DNA of 64,000 nucleotides from an uncultured Pseudomonadota bacterium (GTDB taxonomy: Bacteria > Pseudomonadota > Alphaproteobacteria > Rs-D84), in NCBI GenBank assembly GCA_902795435.1, contig CADBLE010000008.1:28028-92027 (forward strand), written 5' to 3'. Below, in pieces: positions 29,643-38,780 of the stretch. The position numbers and the translations under genes are program-made. The notes below the pieces were generated by a model. The model ran no database searches. It was not told the DNA's origin and saw only the letters and a program-made list of their open reading frames with translations. Position 1 is the first letter of the stretch, and each line of letters begins with the position of its first letter.

Positions 29643-30071
29643 TTATTGTCCCAGACCCGCTGGTGAAAAACGACCGATATTATTGAACAATTCTTCAAAC
29701 GCATTTAATTCAATTGCCGCAGGTATCTTGGTTTCACCGTCAGCCATTTTGACATCTTCTAAATCTTTATCGTTCAAAATTTTGGTTTTCAGGACTTTTT
29801 TCCCATTTACCCATACCAATAAGACCTTTTTATTGTCGTATGTTGTTGGAAATGGCCCATGCAAGTTTTCGTCGGCACTGTAATAAATCCAAACTTCATC
29901 ACCATAGATAGTGCGGGTTTGTGGGTCACCAATTTCGTCCTGTAATTGTGTTGTAGTTTTGATTTTCGCAACCCTTTCTTCCAGATTTTCTGGGAAAACA
30001 TAGCCACGATGTTTCGTCTGCAACGAACAAGACGCCATTACCAATGCCAACAAAAACAATACTTTTTTCAT
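29643..30071 (-). CDS. bamE: Outer membrane protein assembly factor BamE (SmpA/OmlA lipoprotein)
   Basis: Lipobox VMASC; small size; the HRGY...L..I..G.T motif is typical of SmpA/OmlA. Confidence 0.6.
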   Translation of the reverse strand: MKKVLFLLALVMASCSLQTKHRGYVFPENLEERVAKIKTTTQLQDEIGDPQTRTIYGDEVWIYYSADENLHGPFPTTYDNKKVLLVWVNGKKVLKTKILNDKDLEDVKMADGETKIPAAIELNAFEELFNNIGRFSPAGLGQ

Positions 30072-30073
30072 AT

Positions 30074-33000
30074 TTAACCTTCGCCGTTGTCTTTATTTAC
30101 CTTTACTGTGAAATTAGCAATATGCTGTTTCAATTCAGTTTTGTATAAATTGTTTGCTTTGGCCTGTTCTACCAATCTGTCAAAGTTTGGATTTACAGAA
30201 CGTGCCGCTGCAAATCTGGTTTCAGATTTCATGAATTCTTCCAATGGGAATGGTGTATCAACATGTGAATCCATTGTCAATGGGTTTTGTTCCCGTGACA
30301 AATTTTCAGGATTAAATCTGTAAAGTGGCCATGCCCCTGTATTCACCAAATTGATTTGATGTTCAACACCGTTCTGTAATGCGAATCCATGTGCAATACA
30401 TGGTGCATACGCCAAAATAATAGATGGGCCATCAAATGCTTCTGCTTCACGGAATGCACGAATCGCTTGTGCTTGGTTTGCACCAATCGCAATTTGCGCA
30501 ACATAGGCACCCGACATCATTGCCATTAAACCTAAATCTTTCTTGGCATGTTCTTTACCGCCAATTGCAAATTTCATAGACGCACCAAATGGTGTTGATT
30601 TAGATTGCTGACCACCGGTGTTGGAATAACCTTCGGTATCCAAAACCAATATATTTACATTTTCACCACTGTGTAAAATATGGTCAACGCCACCGTAACC
30701 AATATCGTATGCCCAACCATCACCACCAACAATCCAAACAGATTTATCAACAATCGCATCTAACAAAGTCAATGCGTATTTAGCGCGTTCATTATCCATT
30801 TGTGATAATTGTTGTTGCAGTGTTTCTTTGATTTGTCTTTGTTGTTCGGTGTCTTTGATATTGAACATATCTTCTACGTTTTCAATACCCAATTCAAACA
30901 ATACACTTTTCAATGCAGATTTTTTCTGGTTCAAAGCGATTCGCATACCTAAACCATATTCTGCATTATCTTCGAACAAAGAATTAGACCATGCCGGACC
31001 GCGCCCGTTTTTATCCGCACACCATGGTGTTGTTGGTAAATTTCCACCGTATATAGATGAACATCCCGTTGCATTTGCAACAACCATTTTATCCCCGAAC
31101 AAATGCGACATTAAACGAACATAAGGTGTTTCGCCACAACCAGCGCACGCCCCAGGAAATTCAAAATAATGAGGCAACAATTCAACATGCTTTGGTATAT
31201 TCAGATTCAATTTTGATTTATCAATGTCTTTGATTTTCAGAGATTCATCAAATGTCTTTTGATTTTTTATACCATCACTCATTGGAATCATTGTCAATGC
31301 ACCAACTGGACAATTTTTCATACACAAACCACACCCCGTACAATCAGATGGTGAAATATTTAATGTGTAATACAAACCATCACCCAATTCAGGTGTTTTC
31401 ATTGGAACAACAGTTATACCGTTTGCCTTTTCACGTTCCATTTCTGATTCATTCATAACCTTGATACGAATCGCACCATGTGGGCACAACATTGAACATT
31501 TTCCACATTGGATACATTTGCTCAAATCACAATTCGCAACGCGTGTTGCCAATGCCCTTTTTTCATAACGCGATGTTCCAACAGGATATTGACCACCACC
31601 AAATGTACCGTCTATCTTGAATCTGGACACAGGAATTTCATCACCCCTGCCCGCTGCCATTTCACCCAATGTGCCGGCAATTTCAGATGGTGCATCCATT
31701 GTCATTGCAGGAACAAAATCAGGTGCAAATTCAGAAACACTGGATGGAAAATCATATTTACGCAAATATGATTCCGCCATATCAACCGCTTTCCAGTTAG
31801 CCTGGACAACTTCGATTCCTTTCTTTTTATATGTTTTTTCAATTGCAACCTTTGCCGCGTCTTTCGCTGTATCTGGGTTTATCACTTTTGTTAAATTAAA
31901 GAAATTCAACATTATAAATGTGTTTATTCTGTTACCCAATCCCAATTCTTGTGCCGCAGCATTCGCGTCTAAGAAATACAAATTCGCACGCATACGAATC
32001 AAATGTTCTTGGGCTGATTTTGGTAAATTCATAAATGCTTCATCTGGTGTCATAGCAGTATTTATCATAACCGTTCCGCCCGCACGCAAAGACGCAAACA
32101 CATCAAATCTTTGTGCAATCATAAAATTAGATACACAGATGAAATCTGCACTTTCTACTAAATATTCACTTTTGATTGGATTTTCAGAAAAACGAATATG
32201 AGATTGTGTTATACCACCAGATTTTTTGGAATCATATACCGCATAAGATTGTGGATATAAATCAGAATTTTCACCAACAATTTTTACAATGTTTTTCACG
32301 GCACCAACTGTTCCGTCACTGCCGATACCATAAAGAATAGCGGTTTTAACATCTTTGTTTTCAATGGTGAAACTTTTATCTGTATCCAATGATAAATGTG
32401 TTAAATCATCTTCAATTCCAACTGTGAAATTATGATGTAATTTATTTTGCATCATGTATTCAACGATTGCTTTGACATCACGTGGTTTAAATTCTTTTGA
32501 CCCCAAACCATATCTGCCACCGAATACAGAAATCTTGGAATCAACGATTGAACGAACATTTTGATACAATGGTTCACCCACAGAACCCGCTTCTTTTGTT
32601 CTGTCTAAAACTGCGATTTGTTCAACTGTTTCTGGCAGTACATCTAAAAACGCTTTCACAGGGAACGGATTAAATAAATGAACACGAATTAAACCAACAC
32701 CCTTTGGTAAAAATTCAATTGTTTCTTCTATTGTTTCGCAACTTGACCCCATTGAAACAATTACATATTTTGCAGATTTATCACCAACATAATCAACCAG
32801 ACCATATTTACGACCGGTCAATTCTGCAAATTTATCCATACATTTTTGGACAATATCTGGCAATTCATCATACAGTGGATTTGCCGCTTCGCGTCCTTGG
32901 AAATAAACATCTGGATTTTGAGCCGTTCCACGAATCTTTGGATTATCAGGATTCATACCACGTGATTTATTCAACGCAACTAAATCAGCCGGCATCATTT

Positions 33001-33571
33001 CACGCAAAACATCATCTTCTATTCTGACCAAAGCAGATTCTTCGTGACTGGTTCTGAAACCATCAAAGAAATGTAAAAATGGAACACGACTTTGTAATGT
33101 CGCAGCATGTGCAATCGCCGCCATATCGTGTGCAGATTGAACATTATGTGAAGACAACATTGCAAACCCAGTTTGACGAACCGCCATAACATCACTGTGG
33201 TCACCAAAAATAGACAACGCATGTGTAGCCAGCGCACGTGCCGCAACATGCATAACGAAAGGTGTCTGTTCACCAGCAATTTTATACATGTTTGGAATCA
33301 TCAACAACAAACCCTGAGATGCTGTAAATGTTGTTGCCAAAGCCCCCATCTGTAACGCACCATGCAACGCACCCGCCGCACCTGCTTCAGATTGCATTTC
33401 TATAATTTCAGGAATCACACCCCAAATATTTTTCTTGTGTTGGAAAGACCATTCGTCTGCCAATTCACCCATAGTAGAACTTGGTGTAATCGGATAAATC
33501 GCCGCACAATCAACACATCTGTACGCAACATCAGCCGCAGCCCAGTTTCCATCAACAATCATTTTTGCCAT
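30074..33571 (-). CDS. nifJ: Pyruvate:ferredoxin (flavodoxin) oxidoreductase, single-chain NifJ/PFOR type
   Basis: Two ferredoxin-type clusters (CIQCGKCSMLCPHGAI and CTGCGLCMKNCPVGAL); TPP-binding GGDGWAYDIGYGG; start trimmed to MAKMIVDGNWAAA (ATG at 33569-33571). Confidence 0.93.
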   Translation of the reverse strand: MAKMIVDGNWAAADVAYRCVDCAAIYPITPSSTMGELADEWSFQHKKNIWGVIPEIIEMQSEAGAAGALHGALQMGALATTFTASQGLLLMIPNMYKIAGEQTPFVMHVAARALATHALSIFGDHSDVMAVRQTGFAMLSSHNVQSAHDMAAIAHAATLQSRVPFLHFFDGFRTSHEESALVRIEDDVLREMMPADLVALNKSRGMNPDNPKIRGTAQNPDVYFQGREAANPLYDELPDIVQKCMDKFAELTGRKYGLVDYVGDKSAKYVIVSMGSSCETIEETIEFLPKGVGLIRVHLFNPFPVKAFLDVLPETVEQIAVLDRTKEAGSVGEPLYQNVRSIVDSKISVFGGRYGLGSKEFKPRDVKAIVEYMMQNKLHHNFTVGIEDDLTHLSLDTDKSFTIENKDVKTAILYGIGSDGTVGAVKNIVKIVGENSDLYPQSYAVYDSKKSGGITQSHIRFSENPIKSEYLVESADFICVSNFMIAQRFDVFASLRAGGTVMINTAMTPDEAFMNLPKSAQEHLIRMRANLYFLDANAAAQELGLGNRINTFIMLNFFNLTKVINPDTAKDAAKVAIEKTYKKKGIEVVQANWKAVDMAESYLRKYDFPSSVSEFAPDFVPAMTMDAPSEIAGTLGEMAAGRGDEIPVSRFKIDGTFGGGQYPVGTSRYEKRALATRVANCDLSKCIQCGKCSMLCPHGAIRIKVMNESEMEREKANGITVVPMKTPELGDGLYYTLNISPSDCTGCGLCMKNCPVGALTMIPMSDGIKNQKTFDESLKIKDIDKSKLNLNIPKHVELLPHYFEFPGACAGCGETPYVRLMSHLFGDKMVVANATGCSSIYGGNLPTTPWCADKNGRGPAWSNSLFEDNAEYGLGMRIALNQKKSALKSVLFELGIENVEDMFNIKDTEQQRQIKETLQQQLSQMDNERAKYALTLLDAIVDKSVWIVGGDGWAYDIGYGGVDHILHSGENVNILVLDTEGYSNTGGQQSKSTPFGASMKFAIGGKEHAKKDLGLMAMMSGAYVAQIAIGANQAQAIRAFREAEAFDGPSIILAYAPCIAHGFALQNGVEHQINLVNTGAWPLYRFNPENLSREQNPLTMDSHVDTPFPLEEFMKSETRFAAARSVNPNFDRLVEQAKANNLYKTELKQHIANFTVKVNKDNGEG

Positions 33572-33732
33572 TTCTTTTACCCCAATTTTTTCAATATTAA
33601 AATTATGAGAAAAATATACATCTTTTATAAATTTAAGGCAATACAAAAAAACAAAACTATAAATAAAAATATTTGCATTAAATTATAACCTTATTTATAA
33701 TTGGGTTGACAATATGAATTATATTGTTGGGG

Positions 33733-33894
33733 TGTAGTTACCCTTGAAAGTAGCGTCTGTGGCAGACGAAAAATGCCTCCAATCTTCATGGTTGGAGGGC
33801 TGTGAATAATACGACATTGTCGTAAAATAAGCACACTATTCTACTTTATAGTAACTAACCTCCAACCACCAATCAATTTTGGTGGTGTTTTTTG
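33733..33894 (+). ncRNA. Structured leader / riboswitch-like attenuator upstream of the PAP2 gene (class unknown)
   Basis: Closing helices 33735-41/33851-57 and 33747-53/33841-47. Hairpins at 33754-68, 33776-98 and 33811-23. GGTTGGAGG (33790-98) can pair with either CCTCCAA (33776-82) or CCTCCAACC (33859-67); the second overlaps the terminator stem 33865-72/33879-86, which is followed by a T-run. Confidence 0.5.
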
Positions 33895-33920
33895 TTTAAC
33901 AAAAACATGGAGAGTTATAA

Positions 33921-34472
33921 ATGAAAAAAACATTACTTATATCAAGTATTGTGTGTTTAGCAATTATATCAAACTCAAATAAAGCTGATGCTTTTGGTGG
34001 TCCGTTCTCTAATTGGGAAAAGGCTGGCGATATGATGCTTGTTATGGCACCAGCATACGCACTTGGTCTGTCTATTATGGCCCAAGATTACAAAGGCGCA
34101 CTTCAACTTGGCGAATCTGTACTTGCAGGACAAATAGCAAGTGAAGGGATAAAGGCATTTAATCTTGAAAGACGCCCAAATAAAAAAGATAAAAAATCTT
34201 TTCCAAGTGGACATGCAGTTGGAGCTTTTTCTGCTGCAATGTTTGTTCATAAAAGATATGGCATAAGATACGCAATCACACCTTATGTTATGAGTGCTTT
34301 TGTCGGATATTCTCGTGTGAGAGCAAAAGCACACTATTGGCACGATGTTGCTGCAGGTGCCGCAATATCAGCATTTTTTACATGGGTACTTGTTGATAAA
34401 TATTTACCAAATGGTGTAAATGTAGAAGCCAACCCAAAATCTGTTCGTGTCGGTTTCAACACACAATTTTAA
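33921..34472 (+). CDS. PAP2 superfamily lipid phosphatase
   Basis: Signal peptide; three acid-phosphatase motifs: K...RP (LERRPNK), PSGH, and SRVRAKAHYWHD. Confidence 0.85.
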   Translation: MKKTLLISSIVCLAIISNSNKADAFGGPFSNWEKAGDMMLVMAPAYALGLSIMAQDYKGALQLGESVLAGQIASEGIKAFNLERRPNKKDKKSFPSGHAVGAFSAAMFVHKRYGIRYAITPYVMSAFVGYSRVRAKAHYWHDVAAGAAISAFFTWVLVDKYLPNGVNVEANPKSVRVGFNTQF

Positions 34473-34505
34473 AATAAAAATAATGGGATTAAAAAAATCC
34501 CATTA

Positions 34506-35987
34506 TCATTTTGATTTTTTATCAGATTTATTTTCAGTTTTTGTTTCTGATTTCTTATCAGATTTTTCTTCAACTTTTTTATCTGATTTTTCTTCGGTTT
34601 TTGTTTCTGTTTTTTCCAGATTTTTTGTTCCGTATTTAGACAACGCACGCACCATATCCATTGCCCTTTGCAATTGATAATCACGTGCATCTTTTTCTTC
34701 ATCTGTTAAATTCAAGAAATCTTCATCATCATCTTTGTCGTCATCTTTTGATTTCTTAGAATCTTTTTTCTTTGATTTGTCCCCTTTCTTAGACGCGTCA
34801 TTTTTCAATGAATTTTTGAAAGTTGCTTCTGTAAACAATGCTTCTTTCTTTTCAAGTGTTTCTACTTTACTCTGTAAAACTTCTACATCTGGGGTGATAC
34901 CTTCGTTTTGGATTGAACGACCACTTGGTGTGTAATAACGTGCAATTGTTATGTGTATTGCAGAACCATCACCCAATGGTTTTTGTTGTTGTACAGACCC
35001 CTTGCCAAAACTCTGTGATCCCATAACGATAGCACGACCGTTATCTTGTAATGCGCCCGCAACAATTTCAGATGCAGATGCGGAACCATGATTTATCAAA
35101 ACAACAATTGGTTTGCCATTTATCAAATCACCTTTTGTTGCGAAACTTCTTTCTATATCTGTTTTTTCTTTGCCACGTGTGGAAACAATTTCGCCTTCGT
35201 CCAAAAATGCATCAGACACTTCAATCGCAGCGGTTAAATATCCACCCGGATTATTACGCAAATCCAAAACATAACCTGCAACTTTTTTCTTTTCTAAATC
35301 TTTTAATGCATCATGTAATTCTTTTGTTGTTGTTGCACCGAAATCAGAAATACGAACATAACCTATCTTGGCAATTTTATCGTCATCTTGTGCAACAGCA
35401 TCTGATTTTTCTGCAAATTTAACAGATTTAACCTTTATAATTGCACGTTTCAGAGTTATAACCTTTGGTTCTTCACCGTCATGAACAATTGTCAATTTAA
35501 CTTTTGTTCCTGGTTTTCCTTTCATTTTTTTGACTGCCTGATTTAATGACATATCAAAAACCTGTTCACCATCAATGTGTGTAATATAATCGCCAGATTG
35601 AATTCCTGCCTTGGCCGCCGGTGTATCGTCAATCGGAGATATTACACGAACAGCCCCCTTGTCACTTGTAATCTGAATTCCCAAACCACCAAATTCACCA
35701 TGTGATTTATCATAAAATTCTTTGAAATCTTCTTTGGATAAATATGAAGAATGTGGGTCCAATGCCGCCAACATACCGTTCATTGCCCCTTCTAACATCT
35801 TTTTTTCGTCGGCTTCTTCTACGAATTTATCGCGTGCCGTTTCAAAAACAAGAGCCAATTTTTTCAATTCGCTATAAATTTGTTCGTCGGTTAAATGCAC
35901 CACAGGTTCATCTTTTTTGCCCTTTTCAGCACTATACACCGAACAAATTGGCATTATCAAAGCAATCAATAGCAATAATTTTTTCAT
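34506..35987 (-). CDS. ctpA: S41 C-terminal processing peptidase (CtpA-like) with Lys/Glu/Asp-rich tail
   Basis: PDZ segment GDYITHIDG, catalytic region GSASASEI...SFGKGSVQ; repetitive C-terminal tail ...EKSDKKVEEKSDKKSETKTENKSDKKSK. Confidence 0.88.
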   Translation of the reverse strand: MKKLLLLIALIMPICSVYSAEKGKKDEPVVHLTDEQIYSELKKLALVFETARDKFVEEADEKKMLEGAMNGMLAALDPHSSYLSKEDFKEFYDKSHGEFGGLGIQITSDKGAVRVISPIDDTPAAKAGIQSGDYITHIDGEQVFDMSLNQAVKKMKGKPGTKVKLTIVHDGEEPKVITLKRAIIKVKSVKFAEKSDAVAQDDDKIAKIGYVRISDFGATTTKELHDALKDLEKKKVAGYVLDLRNNPGGYLTAAIEVSDAFLDEGEIVSTRGKEKTDIERSFATKGDLINGKPIVVLINHGSASASEIVAGALQDNGRAIVMGSQSFGKGSVQQQKPLGDGSAIHITIARYYTPSGRSIQNEGITPDVEVLQSKVETLEKKEALFTEATFKNSLKNDASKKGDKSKKKDSKKSKDDDKDDDEDFLNLTDEEKDARDYQLQRAMDMVRALSKYGTKNLEKTETKTEEKSDKKVEEKSDKKSETKTENKSDKKSK

Positions 35988-36117
35988 ATTTTACCCTTTT
36001 CCTTTTCAATTCAGCATAATAAAAAACAGAATATTGTGCAACACGATTTTTTTATATTTTTATTTTTCTAATCTAACGATTTACAATTCCAATCTGTTTT
36101 GATAAAATGAATTTGAT

Positions 36118-37221
36118 ATGAAGGCAAATCGTTTATTTTTATCAGGTATTATTTTGGGTATTTTCTGTAATACATCTGTATTTGCTGCAAATAACGAATT
36201 GATAAAAATCCAAAATCAAATCAAACAAACAGAACAACAACACAAAAAGATTGCCCAACAATTAAAAGCAGCATTGCAAGATGTTGAAAAAACAAAAAAG
36301 AAGTTAGTAAAAACGGCCGACCGCGTCAGCGATTTAGAAGAACAACGCACTATTTTAATAAAACGTATTGCAGAATTGGATAAACAACGCGATATTATCA
36401 GCAAAGATTTAGCACAAAGTCATGACGGAATATCCGATACATTATCCAGCATTTTATTTATATCACAAAATCCGAATTTTGATTCTGAAACAATGCACGA
36501 ATATGTTTTGACATCTGTTATATTATCATCTGCGGCAGACCAATTTGATGCTCAAATTATGGACGCCACTGCGAAAATGAAAGAAATAGATAAAATTCGT
36601 GACGCACGTGCCGTTGAAAAAGAAAAATTGGACCGCAGTGCAAAAAGATACACAGACGAAAAAAACAGTCTGGATAAATTATTAAAAACGCGTTCTGCAC
36701 AAAATGAAAAATTGAAAAACCAACAAATTGCAATTCAAGAAAAATTGAAAAAATTATCTGCCCAGGCAAAAAATATTTCTGAATTGTCTGCCGGGGTCGG
36801 TTCATCTGAAATGTCTGGGGATAGCCGTTTTTCAAGACGCAAACTGACAACACCTGTACGTGGGAAATTGGTTGTTCGTTTTGGTGAAAAAACAGCATTA
36901 GGCCTTAAATCAGACGGTTGGCGTATTCGTACACGTGGGGACGCTTTGGTTATGGCACCTGCAGATGGTGTTGTAAAATTCGCTGATAATTTCCGTGGAT
37001 TTGGCAAAGTCGTAATTATGTCTCATAAAAATGGATATAATACAGTTATGACAAATATGGGCAGTATAGATGCCCTGGTCGGCCAGGAAGTATTAGCGGG
37101 CGAACCAATCGGACGTATGAACGAAAATCGTCCTGAAATGTATTTAGAAGTCAGACGTGGCAAAAACTTGGTTGACCCTGCGTCATTATTTAATGAACCA
37201 AAATCAAATTCTTGGATATAA
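36118..37221 (+). CDS. EnvC-like murein hydrolase activator (coiled-coil plus degenerate LytM domain)
   Basis: Signal peptide, long Gln/Lys-rich coiled coil, and a C-terminal LytM fold that lacks the HxxxD and HxH metal ligands. Confidence 0.7.
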   Translation: MKANRLFLSGIILGIFCNTSVFAANNELIKIQNQIKQTEQQHKKIAQQLKAALQDVEKTKKKLVKTADRVSDLEEQRTILIKRIAELDKQRDIISKDLAQSHDGISDTLSSILFISQNPNFDSETMHEYVLTSVILSSAADQFDAQIMDATAKMKEIDKIRDARAVEKEKLDRSAKRYTDEKNSLDKLLKTRSAQNEKLKNQQIAIQEKLKKLSAQAKNISELSAGVGSSEMSGDSRFSRRKLTTPVRGKLVVRFGEKTALGLKSDGWRIRTRGDALVMAPADGVVKFADNFRGFGKVVIMSHKNGYNTVMTNMGSIDALVGQEVLAGEPIGRMNENRPEMYLEVRRGKNLVDPASLFNEPKSNSWI

Positions 37222-37230
37222 AAAATTCAA

Positions 37231-38211
37231 TTAAAATTCAAATCTTAAACCAATCATAACATTGGTATAGAGCATATTTTCAGCACTGAACCAATCACGA
37301 TGACGTGTTGCCTCAGAATTTACCAATTGCCATGTGATTTTTGGAACATACATTAAACGAACACCCGCGTCTATAAATGTGTTTTCTGCGATACCGTATG
37401 CAAAACCCACAGACCCCAAAACCGCTATATTTGTAGAAGATGGTAAATCATTATCGGACGGTGTATCAAATTGTAAAATATTATCAGAATCAGGTGTTCC
37501 ATAATTTTTCAAATCAGAATCTAATGACAAATCACCATAAATATCTGTCAAATGTAATTTTGTCTTAGAAATTGCATAACCGACACCAAAACCGACATAC
37601 GGAACAAATTGTCCAACTGTCTTTTGACGACCTTCATAAAAATCATAGAACGCCATTGCGGATATAATATCTGTTGTTATGCTTGATTTTGCACCACTGC
37701 TGCGAACATGAACAGTTGCGCCACTTGAAAGTTCTAAATCACCTTCGAACAAAGGTATTTGATTATAATCTGTTTCTGCAATATGATCATATCCTGCTTC
37801 TAATCTCCAATTAGAATGGTGTGGAATTGTGAAACCGATACTGCCCCCCGCTGTGAATACAGTTTTTGCAAATTTTTCTTTCACCGGTAATTTTGATAAA
37901 TCACCAGTTCCGGCATATTCCCATCCCGGAATAACCGCATCACAATCACCAGCCGCAAGACAATATCTTAAATCAGAAATCACTTCACCACTGGTTGTAT
38001 TCACATAATATCCAGATTCCAAACTGCCCATTTCGTTTTTCATTTTTGCATTTGCGAAAGATACCCCGCCACGCAAACCAATAACAAATCTGGAACCGTC
38101 ATCTGTATAACGCCCATCATCCATATAATAGCCAGCATTCTGCCAACCCGCAAATGCAGGCATTATTGCAACAGACAATATTAAAGAAACAAGATATTTA
38201 TTTATTCTCAT
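37231..38211 (-). CDS. Outer-membrane beta-barrel protein
   Basis: Signal peptide, alternating hydrophobic strands, C-terminal ...MIGLRFEF. Confidence 0.6.
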   Translation of the reverse strand: MRINKYLVSLILSVAIMPAFAGWQNAGYYMDDGRYTDDGSRFVIGLRGGVSFANAKMKNEMGSLESGYYVNTTSGEVISDLRYCLAAGDCDAVIPGWEYAGTGDLSKLPVKEKFAKTVFTAGGSIGFTIPHHSNWRLEAGYDHIAETDYNQIPLFEGDLELSSGATVHVRSSGAKSSITTDIISAMAFYDFYEGRQKTVGQFVPYVGFGVGYAISKTKLHLTDIYGDLSLDSDLKNYGTPDSDNILQFDTPSDNDLPSSTNIAVLGSVGFAYGIAENTFIDAGVRLMYVPKITWQLVNSEATRHRDWFSAENMLYTNVMIGLRFEF

Positions 38212-38274
38212 GATTTAATATATTATATCACAAAAAAAGTATAAAAAAAAGTAAAATGCCCTTTCGGGCATTTT

Positions 38275-38628
38275 TTATTTTTCAACAGATTCAACATCTA
38301 TTTCTGTGTAATTTACGCCCTTGTCTACATTACCATAAACAGTGACAATATCATTTACACGAACTGTATTTCCGTTCCAATCTTCTTCGTCTATTTCCAA
38401 CATCACATTACCCGAAGAATCTTCAAACAAATACATATTACCGCCCATATTTTTTGTTATACGACCACGCATAACAACCGGTGAATTATCAGGTAATGCC
38501 ATAACCTCTGTCACCGACCAATATGTTGGTTGATTATTTGTTTTTTGCATTTGATTATTATTATTCATTGCCATTGCATTACAAACTGGCAACAAAGTTA
38601 AAACAGCAAGCATAGATATTTTTTTCAT
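38275..38628 (-). CDS. YgiW/BOF family periplasmic OB-fold protein
   Basis: Start trimmed to MKKISMLAVLTLLPVCNAMA. The C-terminal pattern V.MRG.I.....GN.Y.F.D.SG.....ID...W is typical of BOF/YgiW. Confidence 0.65.
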   Translation of the reverse strand: MKKISMLAVLTLLPVCNAMAMNNNNQMQKTNNQPTYWSVTEVMALPDNSPVVMRGRITKNMGGNMYLFEDSSGNVMLEIDEEDWNGNTVRVNDIVTVYGNVDKGVNYTEIDVESVEK

Positions 38629-38732
38629 TTTTTTCTCCTTATGTTTATATGTTCGCCACATAAAGATTATATCAAATGCCCCCCAAAAAATATCTAGGAA
38701 CGATTGCCAAAACCCCAGGTATAAATTCAGCA

Positions 38733-38762
38733 CAAAAAAAACAACCACCAAATTGGTGGTTG
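38733..38762 (-). terminator. Terminator after Cys-rich paralog P1
   Basis: Stem ACAACCACC (38741-49) / GGTGGTTGT (38754-62) with flanking A and T runs. Confidence 0.7.
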
Positions 38763-38780
38763 TTTTTGATTGGTTTATTT

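Noticed and set aside
33697-33734. TTGACA at 33706-33711 as the -35 of the promoter for the PAP2 leader
   Set aside because: No acceptable -10 hexamer lies at 16-19 nt spacing. The nearby TATATT is only 8 nt away. The promoter position therefore cannot be fixed from sequence alone.
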